This document shows, piece by piece, positions 17,735 to 25,699 of a stretch of DNA of 32,000 bases (position 1 is the stretch's first letter; each line of letters opens with the position of its first letter). Source of the DNA: Halomicrobium mukohataei DSM 12286. GTDB taxonomy: Archaea; Halobacteriota; Halobacteria; Halobacteriales; Haloarculaceae. The notes beneath the pieces were generated by a model that saw nothing but the letters and a program-made list of their open reading frames with translations, was not told where the DNA came from and ran no database searches. A program made the translations under genes and the position numbers. The stretch spans positions 960,001 through 992,000 of the forward strand of contig NC_013202.1 in NCBI RefSeq assembly GCF_000023965.1. Direction: 5' to 3'.

Positions 17735-18733
17735 TCAGAACGCGTCCTCGTCTCGGAGGCGAGCGACGACCTCGCGAACGCGCTGGCTCTCGTCGGCGGG
17801 GACGACCAGCGTTCGATCGCCGTAACTCGCGACGACGAGATCGGAGACGCCGACGAGGCTGACGTGGCCGTCGGTCGCGACGACGTTGTCCGCCGCGTCG
17901 ACGGTCACGGCGTCGCCGAGCACGGCGTTGCCGTCATCGTCCGCTGGCAGGTGCCGCGCCAGTGCGTCCCACGCTCCCAGATCGTCCCAGGCGAAGTCGG
18001 CGGGCACGACGAACACGCCCTCGGCCCGTTCGAGGACGGCGTAGTCGACGCTGACCGGATCGACGGCGTCGAACCCCCGTTCGGGTTCGTCCCGCTCCAG
18101 TGCGTCGACCAGATCCGACAGCGGCGACGCCCGCGCGGCCGACAGCAACGCCTCGGGCGTCCACGCGAACATGCCGGCGTTCCAGTAGCAGCCACGGTCG
18201 ACGTATTCCGTAGCAGTCTCACGGTCCGGCTTCTCGTGGAACTGCCTGACCGTCTCGTACCCCTCTCGGCTCTCTCCGGGCTCGACGTAGCCGTAGCCCG
18301 GTTCCGGGCGCGTCGGTTCCACACCGACGGTCACCAGCCCCTCCGTTTCGACTGCGGTGTGAGCCGCCCGTCGCCCGACGGCCTCGAAGCCGTCGCCGAC
18401 GACGTGGTCGCTTGGCACCGCAAGGAGCACGCAGTCGCCGACCTGCTCGCGGATCCGGTGGGCGGCGTAGACGAGCGCGGGGCCGGTGTCTTTCGGCGCT
18501 GGCTCGGTGAGGACGGCGGCCTCGGGCGCGTGGTCGTGAACCGCGTCGGCGAAGGCCTCGCGAGTGAGGACGTACGTCTCGTCGGCGAAACTGACTCGCT
18601 CGACGGCTCTGGTCAGCAGCGACCGGTCACCGCCGAACGACTGGAACTGTTTGGGCTGGTCGGCCCTGCTGGCCGGATAGAGGCGCGTCCCGGTCCCGCC
18701 GGCCAGCACCAGGGCAACGATGGGGCGCTCCAT
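17735..18733 (-). CDS. sugar-1-phosphate nucleotidyltransferase (mannose-1-phosphate guanylyltransferase-like)
   Basis: Internal ATG 18733: MERPIVALVLAGGTGTRLYPASRADQPKQF (the GxGxRL NTP-transferase motif). Also PKDTGPA, GYGYVEPG, EKPD and YWNAGMFAW, typical of ManC/CpsB N-terminal domains. Confidence 0.8.
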   Translation of the reverse strand: MERPIVALVLAGGTGTRLYPASRADQPKQFQSFGGDRSLLTRAVERVSFADETYVLTREAFADAVHDHAPEAAVLTEPAPKDTGPALVYAAHRIREQVGDCVLLAVPSDHVVGDGFEAVGRRAAHTAVETEGLVTVGVEPTRPEPGYGYVEPGESREGYETVRQFHEKPDRETATEYVDRGCYWNAGMFAWTPEALLSAARASPLSDLVDALERDEPERGFDAVDPVSVDYAVLERAEGVFVVPADFAWDDLGAWDALARHLPADDDGNAVLGDAVTVDAADNVVATDGHVSLVGVSDLVVASYGDRTLVVPADESQRVREVVARLRDEDAF

Positions 18734-18879
18734 ACCCCCGCTTTCGACGGGTCGGTGCCTGAAGCTTGGGGACCGCCGCCCCGGAGTTCGGTCTGATTCT
18801 GTTCCGGGCGGCCGGGGTCGCACGGCCGAGCACTAAAGCTCGCGACGCTCGCTAGCAGTCTCCGAAAGCGGTGCCAACA

Positions 18880-19260
18880 GGCACTGAAAGCCCTCGACAC
18901 GCTCGCGGGCGCTGGCAGACATCTCCTCGCTCACTGCGTTCGCTCGGATAGGGGTCGGCCAGCGCCTCCGCTCCTGTTACTCACCGCGAGACGCGTCTCG
19001 CTCTTTCGCTCCACCAGGAGAGCACGCTCTCCTGACCCTCGCTCACTCCGTTCACGAGAACACCAGGATACAGCAGACAGCACCGAGCCACGACCTCCCC
19101 AGCCGAGTCGCTCGTTCGCGTTGCTCACTCACTCCTCCCTCGCACACTGTCGTCGCTCGACGGAGCGAGCGACAGCGCGCGCCAACGTCGCTGCTGTCGG
19201 CACTCGCACGGTTCACTCGACCGAACGCAGTGAGATCGAGCCTTTTTCGTCGACGTTTTC
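18880..19260. repeat. gene-free stretch packed with degenerate repeat blocks and hairpins
   Basis: Blocks: GAAAGCCCTCG 18886-18896; CTCACTGCGTTCGC 18930-18943; CCGCTCCTGTTA 18968-18979; CTCACTCCGTTCAC 19042-19055; inverted CGAACGCAGTGAG 19222-19234. Hairpin: caggagag-cacg-ctctcctg at 19015-19034. No ORF here has credible composition. Confidence 0.7.
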
Positions 19261-19308
19261 GCGCGAGTGGTCCGAGCGCGGCGCAGCCGCGACTCGAACC
19301 CGAAGCGG

Positions 19309-19313
19309 AAAAA
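19309..19313 (-). terminator. oligo-T tract just after the stop of the 19320..19613 gene
   Basis: A5 on the plus strand (T5 on the minus strand), 7 nt downstream of the stop codon. Confidence 0.35.
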
Positions 19314-19319
19314 GGTCGG

Positions 19320-19613
19320 TCACCACGTCTCGACGCTGCCCGCTTTCACGTCTTCGGCACAGCCCTGGCAGTCGGGGTGGTCGGGATCGAAGCAGGCCGG
19401 GCGCGCCTGGTCGTCGAGGCGGACTGCGCGGCGCTCGGCGTAGCGTCGACAGACGATGCGAGCCTTCCCGTCGTCGTTCTGTGGGAGATCTGCGAGCGCG
19501 GACCGCTTGGCGTCGGTGTAGGCCTGTTTCGCGTCCTCGATCTGGCGGCCCGCCGACCGGAGGGTCGTCCTGATCATCTGCTGAAAGAGGCTCGTCCGGT
19601 CGTCGTCGGCCAT
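19320..19613 (-). CDS. conserved hypothetical protein with C-terminal Cys/His cluster
   Basis: ATG 19613 (MADDDRTSLFQQMIRTTLRSAGRQIEDAKQAY...); the track start at 19655 is TTG. C-terminus: IVCRRY...PACFDPDHPDCQGCAEDV. Divergent from rpa3. Confidence 0.6.
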   Translation of the reverse strand: MADDDRTSLFQQMIRTTLRSAGRQIEDAKQAYTDAKRSALADLPQNDDGKARIVCRRYAERRAVRLDDQARPACFDPDHPDCQGCAEDVKAGSVETW

Positions 19614-19702
19614 ACGTACCGTTTCGGCTCGCGCCTCAAGAATCTTCTCTGGCAACTGGCAGCGGTGTTCAGATAAGAGATAGAGAGTAGCGTGATTCAG
19701 GT

Positions 19703-19784
19703 ACCGAAAGCCCTCGCGTCGCTCGACCGCTCCGGGGCTCGCTGCGCGCCGTCGGTGCTTACGTCGCCCGGGAGGGCTTTCGGT
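19703..19784. repeat. 13-bp perfect inverted repeat (accgaaagccctc / gagggctttcggt) enclosing 56 nt
   Basis: Arms at 19703-19715 and 19772-19784 are exact reverse complements. The loop contains gctcgctgcgcgcc-type repeat-family sequence. It sits in the divergent promoter region upstream of rpa3. Confidence 0.8.
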
Positions 19785-20001
19785 GTCTGCAACTCAGCAA
19801 GCGCGGTCGATTCTCTGAACACAACCCAACTGCCGTGACGGCCCCCGATCGGTGCCGGGCCGGATCTGACAACGACGCCGGAGACGGGGCCGCCGAGGAG
19901 GGCGTCGCTTTCACTTTCAGTGTGGTTGACGAGGGTTTATGTACCGAGACGACCAATCGACAGGTGTCTCCCATCGAAAACACGCGGAGACAGAGACACC
20001 A

Positions 20002-20934
20002 ATGACCGATTTGCATACCCCTGCGACAGAGATACAAGAGCAGTTCGACGACCAGCTCGACGTGACCGTCGACGAGATCGAGGAGCGCCTCGAAACGCTG
20101 GTCGAGGAGTACAAGGTCCCGCTCAGCGAGGCCCGCCGCAGCGTCGTCAACACGTACCTCGACGACGCCGGCATGGACCGCGACCAGCTCTCGGGCGGTG
20201 GCGGCAACGAGCACGTCGACATCGCCGACGTGGACGCACCCGAGGAGTGGATCGACGTGACCGCGAAGGTCGTCGAGCTGTGGGACGCCACGGCCGACGC
20301 CGTCGCGCAGGTCGGCCTGCTGGGCGACGAGACCGGGACCATCAAGTTCACCAAGTGGTCCAAGTCCGACCTCCCGGAACTCGAAGAAGGGCAGGTCTAC
20401 GAGCTTCGAAACGTCGTCACCGACGAGTACCAGGGTCGCTTCTCCGTGAAGCTCAACCGGACGACGACCATCGAGGCCGTCGACGAGGAGATCGAGGTCG
20501 GCGACGACGCCGTCGAGGTCGAGGGCGCGCTGGTCGACATCCAGTCGGGTAGCGGGCTCATCAAGCGATGTCCCGAGGAGGACTGTACGCGGGTCCTCCA
20601 GAACGGCCGCTGCAACGAGCACGGCGAGGTCGAAGGCGAGTTCGACCTCCGCATCAAGGGCGTCCTCGACGACGGCGAGGAAGTCACCGAAGTCATCTTC
20701 GACGAGGAAGCCACGGAGAAACTGACTGGCATCTCGCTCGAAGAGGGCAAGGAGATGGCCATGGACGCACTGGACACGACCGTCGTGGCCGACGAGATGC
20801 GCCAGAAGGTGCTGGGACGGTACTACCGAGTCACCGGCCCGACGCTCGGCCGATACGTCCTGGCGAACGAACAGGAGCGACTGGACGGGCCAGTGGACGC
20901 AGAGGCGATGCTGATCAAAGCGAGGTCGATCTGA
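20002..20934 (+). CDS. rpa3: replication protein A, single OB-fold plus zinc-finger type (Rpa3-like)
   Basis: ATG 20002 (MTDLHTPATEIQEQF...). OB-fold block: WIDVTAKVVELWDATADAVAQVGLLGDETGTIKFTKW...VYELRNVVTDEYQGRFSVKLN. Zinc finger: CPEEDCTRVLQNGRCNEHG. It is immediately followed by a COG3390-type partner, as in Haloferax rpa3-rpap3. Confidence 0.9.
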   Translation: MTDLHTPATEIQEQFDDQLDVTVDEIEERLETLVEEYKVPLSEARRSVVNTYLDDAGMDRDQLSGGGGNEHVDIADVDAPEEWIDVTAKVVELWDATADAVAQVGLLGDETGTIKFTKWSKSDLPELEEGQVYELRNVVTDEYQGRFSVKLNRTTTIEAVDEEIEVGDDAVEVEGALVDIQSGSGLIKRCPEEDCTRVLQNGRCNEHGEVEGEFDLRIKGVLDDGEEVTEVIFDEEATEKLTGISLEEGKEMAMDALDTTVVADEMRQKVLGRYYRVTGPTLGRYVLANEQERLDGPVDAEAMLIKARSI

Positions 20935-20935
20935 G

Positions 20936-21547
20936 ATGGCTGCAACACCCACCCGCGAAGTCGCACGCCGCGTCTTCGCCAGCGAGTTCAACGACGCGAG
21001 TTACACCTTCAAAGAGTCCGACGACGAGCGCGCTCCCGTCTACGTCCTGTTGCCGACGGGCGAGCGGGCCAACCGCGTGTTCCTCGTCGGCACGCTGACC
21101 GAGACCGAGGACGTCGGCGAAGACAGCGAGTACTGGCAGGGACGAGTCGTCGACCCCAACGGCGACACGTTCTTCATGTACGCCGGCCAGTACCAGCCCG
21201 ACGCCGCCTCGATGCTGCGGGAACTGGAGCCGCCGGCCTACGTCGCCGTCGTGGGCAAGCCCCGCACGTACGAGACCGACGACGGCGAGGTCAACGTCTC
21301 GGTTCGTCCGGAGTCGATCTCGCAGGTCGACGAGGCGACCCGCGACCGCTGGGTCGTCGAGACCGCCCAGCGAACGCTCGACCGGATCCAAGCGTTCGAC
21401 GACGAGGACGGTGCCGAGATGGACGAGTACGTCCAGATGGCAGGCGAGCAGTACGACCTGCCCGTCGAGAACTACCGACGCGCCGCGGTCGGCGCACTGG
21501 AGAGCCTCGAAGGCGAACAGCGAGAGACGACCACCGCCGAGCAGTAG
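20936..21547 (+). CDS. rpap3: RPA-associated protein (COG3390-type, Rpap3-like)
   Basis: It starts 1 nt after the rpa3 stop. REVARRVFASEFNDASYTFKESDDERAPVYVLLPTGERANRVFLVGTLTE...YVAVVGKPRTYETDDGEVNVSVRPESI is the OB-like core of RPA-associated proteins. Confidence 0.85.
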   Translation: MAATPTREVARRVFASEFNDASYTFKESDDERAPVYVLLPTGERANRVFLVGTLTETEDVGEDSEYWQGRVVDPNGDTFFMYAGQYQPDAASMLRELEPPAYVAVVGKPRTYETDDGEVNVSVRPESISQVDEATRDRWVVETAQRTLDRIQAFDDEDGAEMDEYVQMAGEQYDLPVENYRRAAVGALESLEGEQRETTTAEQ

Positions 21548-21648
21548 CCCGACTGCCGGCACCCGTTCGTTTTCTTCCGGTCCCCTGCCAGCCGTGCGAT
21601 CGTCTGACAAACGGTTAAGTATGATGCGGGGACAAACCCAACACAACG

Positions 21649-22086
21649 ATGAGCAACAAGAACAAGACGATCTCGTTCCGGGTCAGCCAGGAGAAGTTCG
21701 AGACCCTCCGGGGCATCGCCGAGGAACGAGACATCTCGCTGTCTGCGGTGTTCCGTGACTACGTGGATCTCCTCGTCGCTCACGACGGCCAGGTCGAGGT
21801 CGTCCCCGAACACGAACTCAACGAAGCGACGGACACCGAGGAGACGACCGAGAGCTTCCCGCCGAAAGTCGAGGTCCCCAAGAGCTTCGTCCGAGAACAC
21901 GAGCGACTGGAGTTAGAGGCCGACCACCTCCGCGAACAGCTCGAAGAGCACAAGCGCTACGTCACCCAGCTCCGCCAGCAACTCGACGAGCACGACCAGG
22001 AAGACATCGTCCAGCTCGAAGATCTCGACGGCGAGGACGACGACGACGCGTCCTACCGCATCGGTAGCTTCGACGATCTCGACTAG
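21649..22086 (+). CDS. ribbon-helix-helix (CopG-like) DNA-binding protein with coiled-coil and acidic tail
   Basis: KTISFRVSQEKFETLRGIAEERDISLSAVFRDYVDLLV is a typical RHH N-terminus. The middle, LELEADHLREQLEEHKRYVTQLRQQLDEH, looks coiled-coil. The tail is D/E-rich. Confidence 0.75.
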   Translation: MSNKNKTISFRVSQEKFETLRGIAEERDISLSAVFRDYVDLLVAHDGQVEVVPEHELNEATDTEETTESFPPKVEVPKSFVREHERLELEADHLREQLEEHKRYVTQLRQQLDEHDQEDIVQLEDLDGEDDDDASYRIGSFDDLD

Positions 22087-22539
22087 CTACACCAGTTCGT
22101 CTCTGCTCTCGCGTGCCTGCTTCGCTACGTCCGGTTTTTCGTCTACGTCTGCCAGTGCCTCGACTGCTTCGAGCGTCCTGACCGAGTCGTCCAGAAAGGA
22201 GAGCACGTCGCCGGGATAGGCGTACAGCATGTAGTCGTCGCCCATCACGTCGACGATGGCGTCGGGTCCCAGTCCCTGTGCCCGCAGCTCCAGGAGGTAC
22301 CGGACGAACTTCTCCTCGGGACAGCCACAGTGGGGGTTTGCCTGACAGTCACAGTCGAGGAAGTCCTCGGCGAAATCGAGGACCCGATCCTGGCTCGCCT
22401 CGTTGAGCTTCGCGAGTCCCTCGCCCTGGAAGAGGATGTCCAGCGTCGCGCCCTTGAACGCGCCCTTCGGGAACGAGGTCTCAAGCTGTGAGGCCAGCTG
22501 GCGGTGGTTCTTGACGTAGATCTTGTCGGTGATGGCCAC
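22087..22539 (-). CDS. conserved hypothetical protein with CDC-x5-CGC metal-binding-like motif
   Basis: MAITDKIYVKNHRQLASQLE...FLDCDCQANPHCGCPEEKFVRYLLELRAQGLGPDAIV. Clean codon bias and an ATG start. Its stop abuts the stop of the convergent RHH gene. Confidence 0.7.
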   Translation of the reverse strand: MAITDKIYVKNHRQLASQLETSFPKGAFKGATLDILFQGEGLAKLNEASQDRVLDFAEDFLDCDCQANPHCGCPEEKFVRYLLELRAQGLGPDAIVDVMGDDYMLYAYPGDVLSFLDDSVRTLEAVEALADVDEKPDVAKQARESRDELV

Positions 22540-22642
22540 GCTTAGGGACCGTTGGGGTGTGGCGTGTAAAAGCGTCTCGAAGGCCGTACGGAGTCGTAAC
22601 GTATATCAGTTCCAGCGGGATATCTTAGAACGCCTCATCCGT

Positions 22643-22714
22643 GTCCGGGTTGGGGTAGTGGTATCCTCCAGCCTTGTGGTGGCTGGGACGTGGGTTCAAT
22701 TCCCGCACCCGGAC
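22643..22714 (+). tRNA. tRNA-His (anticodon GTG) with genomically encoded G-1
   Basis: Manual fold. The 8-bp acceptor pairs gtccgggt (22643-22650) with acccggac (22707-22714), including G-1:C73. D-loop is AGTGGTA. The anticodon stem cagcc/ggctg closes loop ttGTGgt (anticodon at 22676-22678). The T-arm is gtggg-ttcaatt-cccgc. No CCA is encoded. Confidence 0.9.
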
Positions 22715-22721
22715 TGGTTAA

Positions 22722-22726
22722 TTTTT
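22722..22726 (+). terminator. oligo-T tract after tRNA-His
   Basis: T5 run (aatttttcg) 8 nt after the tRNA 3' end. Confidence 0.45.
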
Positions 22727-22819
22727 CGACAAATAATACTCGACAGCAGCCACCGCCATAGTTTCACTTCCACCACGGTCGGCCCAGATATATATTTCAT
22801 AGCGAAAAATAAGAAATTG

Positions 22820-22930
22820 ATGGCGGAGAATGAGTGTCCAAACTGTGGCCGAGCGGGACGCGCATACACTGGACAACGTCGTCTCGCTGTGTCCGGCGTG
22901 TCACCGGCGGGCGGAGTTCGGCGGGATCTC
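22820..22930 (+). pseudogene. HNH endonuclease relic (frameshifted and internally deleted)
   Basis: Frame A from ATG 22820 reads MAENECPNCGR (first CxxC). Frame B (track ORF 22830..23036) reads AERDAHTLDNVVSLCPACHRRAEFG, the NxxxLCxxCH core of an HNH motif. The two halves are in different frames and the His-to-Asn spacing is much shorter than in intact HNH domains. Confidence 0.45.
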
Positions 22931-22984
22931 ACGCGAGGAACTGCGGTGGCGAGCGGGGATCGTCGTCGAACCAGTCGACTCTTC

Positions 22985-24172
22985 TCACGTCTGCGGTTCG
23001 AAGACGGTCGCCTCGCCCTCGTCGTCGGCCCTGTAGTCGGGATTCTCCTTGATGATCGTCAGTGCCGTCATGATGTCGCTGCGGGTGAGCAGTCCCCGGA
23101 ACGCGTCGGCCTCGTCGAGGACGATCAGGCGGCCGACGTTGTTCCCTTCCAGTTCCGAGAGCGCGGTCATCACGTCCTCGTCGGGGGCGACGGCGATGAG
23201 TTCCGTGGTCATGATGTCGCCGACGGTGTAGGCGTCCCGTTCGACTTCCCGCACGGCGCGGGCGTCTTCAAGCGTGACGAGGCCGACGATCTCGCCGTTG
23301 CGCTCGACGGGGTAGCCGGTGTGGCGCTCCTCGAACATCGTCCGGATGAGTTCGCGGACCTTCGTGTCGGGATCGACGGTGGTCACGCGGTCGGCGGGCG
23401 TCATCACGTCGGCGACGGTGACGCCTTCGAAGGCCGCTCGCATGACCGTCTGGCGGGACTCGCCGGCCGCGCCGATGTAGATGAAGAAGGCCAGGCCGAT
23501 CAGCAGCGGATTGAAGGGTGGGAACAGTCCGAACAGCGCCAGCAGGATCGCGAACCCCTTCCCGACCTCGGCCGCGATCTCCGTGGCGCGAGCGTAGGGG
23601 TTCGACCGCGCGAGCAGAGCCCGGAGGATGCGGCCGCCGTCCATCGGGAACCCCGGTAACATGTTGAAGACGGCCAGCGCGACGTTCATCAGCGCGAGGT
23701 AGCCGAGGACGAAGCGGACGGCAGCGAACGTCGTCGTCCCGCTGGGGACCAGCACGAACCCGACCAGCGAGACGATCCCGACGAGGACGCTGACGACGGG
23801 GCCGGCCAGCGCGATGAGAAACTCCTGTCGCCAGTCTTCGGGCATCTCGTCTAACTGTGCGATGCCGCCGAACAGCCACAGCGTGATCGACTCGATCGGG
23901 TAGCCGTAGCGGATCGCCACGAGTGAGTGGCCCAGCTCGTGGAGGACGACGCCGGTAAACAGGCCGATCGCGGCCGCGATGCCCAGCAGCCACGGCAGGA
24001 GACCGGTGGTGAGGACTGCCGGGTCGAGGTTCCCACCGAACCGGTTGAGCAACTCGACGGTCGGCTCGACCTGCGAGCCGATGATCCACGCGAACAGTGG
24101 CAACACCAGCAGGAAGGTCAGGTCCAACTGGATCGGAATGCCGAAGGCACTGCCGATACGGAATCGTCGCAT
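22985..24172 (-). CDS. site-2 protease family (peptidase M50) metalloprotease with tandem CBS domains
   Basis: HELGHSL zinc motif in a TM helix. Also NMLPGFPMDGGRILRA (the NxxPxxxxDG motif). Two C-terminal CBS-like repeats: VADVMTPADRVTTVDPDTKV..., VGDIMTTELIAVAPDEDV... Confidence 0.9.
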   Translation of the reverse strand: MRRFRIGSAFGIPIQLDLTFLLVLPLFAWIIGSQVEPTVELLNRFGGNLDPAVLTTGLLPWLLGIAAAIGLFTGVVLHELGHSLVAIRYGYPIESITLWLFGGIAQLDEMPEDWRQEFLIALAGPVVSVLVGIVSLVGFVLVPSGTTTFAAVRFVLGYLALMNVALAVFNMLPGFPMDGGRILRALLARSNPYARATEIAAEVGKGFAILLALFGLFPPFNPLLIGLAFFIYIGAAGESRQTVMRAAFEGVTVADVMTPADRVTTVDPDTKVRELIRTMFEERHTGYPVERNGEIVGLVTLEDARAVREVERDAYTVGDIMTTELIAVAPDEDVMTALSELEGNNVGRLIVLDEADAFRGLLTRSDIMTALTIIKENPDYRADDEGEATVFEPQT

Positions 24173-24220
24173 AGTCGTCGCTTGTCGTGGGAGGGGCTTA
24201 AGCCCCCTGCGTGACCGACC

Positions 24221-24820
24221 TTAGACGCCGAGCCACTCGTCGTTGCGGACGCTGTAGCCGTTCTCGCGACAGAACGTCGCGGCTTCTCGGCGTACGGCTC
24301 GCGATCCGGGTAGCTTGCCCGTCTCGTCGACCCGTTCGACGATCCAGTCGGCCATGTACTGGATTCCCTCGTCGTCGTCGTCCGCGTCGATCGCTTTCAG
24401 TGCCCGGAACGTCTTCTCGTAGGCTTCTCGCTGCGAGGTGCCCAGCGAGGTCTGCTGGATCGACTGACAGTGTTCGACGATGCGTTTCATCGCCGCGGCG
24501 ACGGTCGGACGCTGGACGCGGGTCCGGACAGTCGCCGGCTCGTCGAAGATCTCCTGGTCGGTCTCTGGGAGGAGCTCCGCGACCGTGTGGACGTTCGCGT
24601 CCGACTCGACGGTCCGGTCTCCGACGGCTTCGACGACTTCCCGCGCTGTCGCGGGGAACGACAGCGCGTCCAGTTCCGTCTCCAGTTCGCCCAGTGTCCG
24701 CTCGTCGACGGGCGGCTCCGTTTCGTCGTTGCGTTCGAGCGCGGTGAGGATGTCCCGCTCGCGCTGGCGTCGGTCGGCGTTGTCTGCCTGTTCGTCTCGT
24801 CCGCTCTTGTTATCTGCCAT
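24221..24820 (-). CDS. conserved haloarchaeal hypothetical protein (acidic)
   Basis: MADNKSGRDEQADNADRRQRERDILTALERNDE...LSFPATAREVVEAVGDRTVES... ATG start and good codon bias. The FPAT..E.V block reminds me of DUF2795/DUF5789-type domains, but this is not verified. Confidence 0.65.
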   Translation of the reverse strand: MADNKSGRDEQADNADRRQRERDILTALERNDETEPPVDERTLGELETELDALSFPATAREVVEAVGDRTVESDANVHTVAELLPETDQEIFDEPATVRTRVQRPTVAAAMKRIVEHCQSIQQTSLGTSQREAYEKTFRALKAIDADDDDEGIQYMADWIVERVDETGKLPGSRAVRREAATFCRENGYSVRNDEWLGV

Positions 24821-24863
24821 TGTGAATTATTAACTGCCTTACCTGATAACTCTGTGGTCGACA

Positions 24864-25571
24864 TTATGCGACGCTCGTGTTCTCGTCTACCGTCGACTCG
24901 ACGTGCGTGTCGGTCGCAGAGGCGAACCCGTCTCCGAGGAGCCATCCCGCGATGATCAGGGCGTAGAAGCTCAGGAAGACACCGACGATCCCACCGAGGA
25001 TCGGGACGACGTTGAGTGCTCCAGCGAGGACGCCGACGACGACGTTGAGCGCGATCACGTAGAGCCACGCGACGGCGTAGTCGCGTGACGTGACGGCAGT
25101 TCTGATGACGGCCACGTCGAATCCGGCACCGAACGACCGCTCTCTCGCGTAGTTTGCGACGCCCGCCAGTCCGACGTAGCCAAAGACGATCGCCAGCACC
25201 CACCAGAGGAGCAGGCCGCCGAACAGTCCCAACAGCCCCAGTCCCGCGGCGGTTTCCGAGCCGGTCGCGAACGCGACGATCGAGCCCCCGACGAACACGC
25301 CGAACACGACTGTCGGGACGAACTGGTAGACGAACGTGATGACCGCCGCGACCAGCCCCTCCTTGAGCAGTGATTCCCACTCGTCGAAGACCGGTGGCTC
25401 GCGCGCGTCCTCCATTCCGGCCCGGATCGCCCGGACCGTATAGCCCGTGACCACGAAGATCGGCACCACGAACACCGCGAGTAGCGTCGCTACTCCGCCG
25501 ATCGCGACGGTCACGATCCAGTCGTCCGACTCCATCGGATACCGTGCCAGTTCCTCGATATCGGGTTCCAT
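24864..25571 (-). CDS. DUF4013-like membrane protein
   Basis: Internal ATG 25571: MEPDIEELARYPMESDDWIVTVAIGGVATLLAVFVVPIFVVTGYTVRAIRAGM. This matches the characteristic N-terminus of haloarchaeal DUF4013 proteins. Several further TM helices follow. Confidence 0.7.
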   Translation of the reverse strand: MEPDIEELARYPMESDDWIVTVAIGGVATLLAVFVVPIFVVTGYTVRAIRAGMEDAREPPVFDEWESLLKEGLVAAVITFVYQFVPTVVFGVFVGGSIVAFATGSETAAGLGLLGLFGGLLLWWVLAIVFGYVGLAGVANYARERSFGAGFDVAVIRTAVTSRDYAVAWLYVIALNVVVGVLAGALNVVPILGGIVGVFLSFYALIIAGWLLGDGFASATDTHVESTVDENTSVA

Positions 25572-25699
25572 ATTTATGTTGTTGCCTTCACATTTATGCG
25601 GCGTAAGCGTTCGCGTCGGATCTCTGCCGAGTGGCTGCCAGCTACTCACACCGACGAGGTTCCGAACCGCTCAAATAGCTCCGCCGCGTTCGTCCAGGC

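Noticed and set aside
16694-18796. 700-aa ORF on the plus strand
   Set aside because: It is out of frame with the SDR gene and antisense to the nucleotidyltransferase gene. Arg/Gly/Pro-rich.
18824-19319. Known structured RNA (SRP 7S RNA or RNase P RNA) in the gene-free stretch
   Set aside because: I could not find the conserved landmarks I know, such as the GGAAAGUCC-type CR-I of RNase P or the SRP domain IV motifs. The region is reported instead as unexplained repeat and hairpin DNA.
19759-20991. 410-aa ORF on the minus strand
   Set aside because: It is antisense to rpa3. Shadow ORF.
22523-23659. 378-aa plus-strand ORF running through tRNA-His and the M50 protease gene
   Set aside because: It covers a tRNA and the antisense strand of a gene with clear HExxH and CBS features. 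Only its MAENECPNCGR segment is meaningful, as half of the HNH relic.
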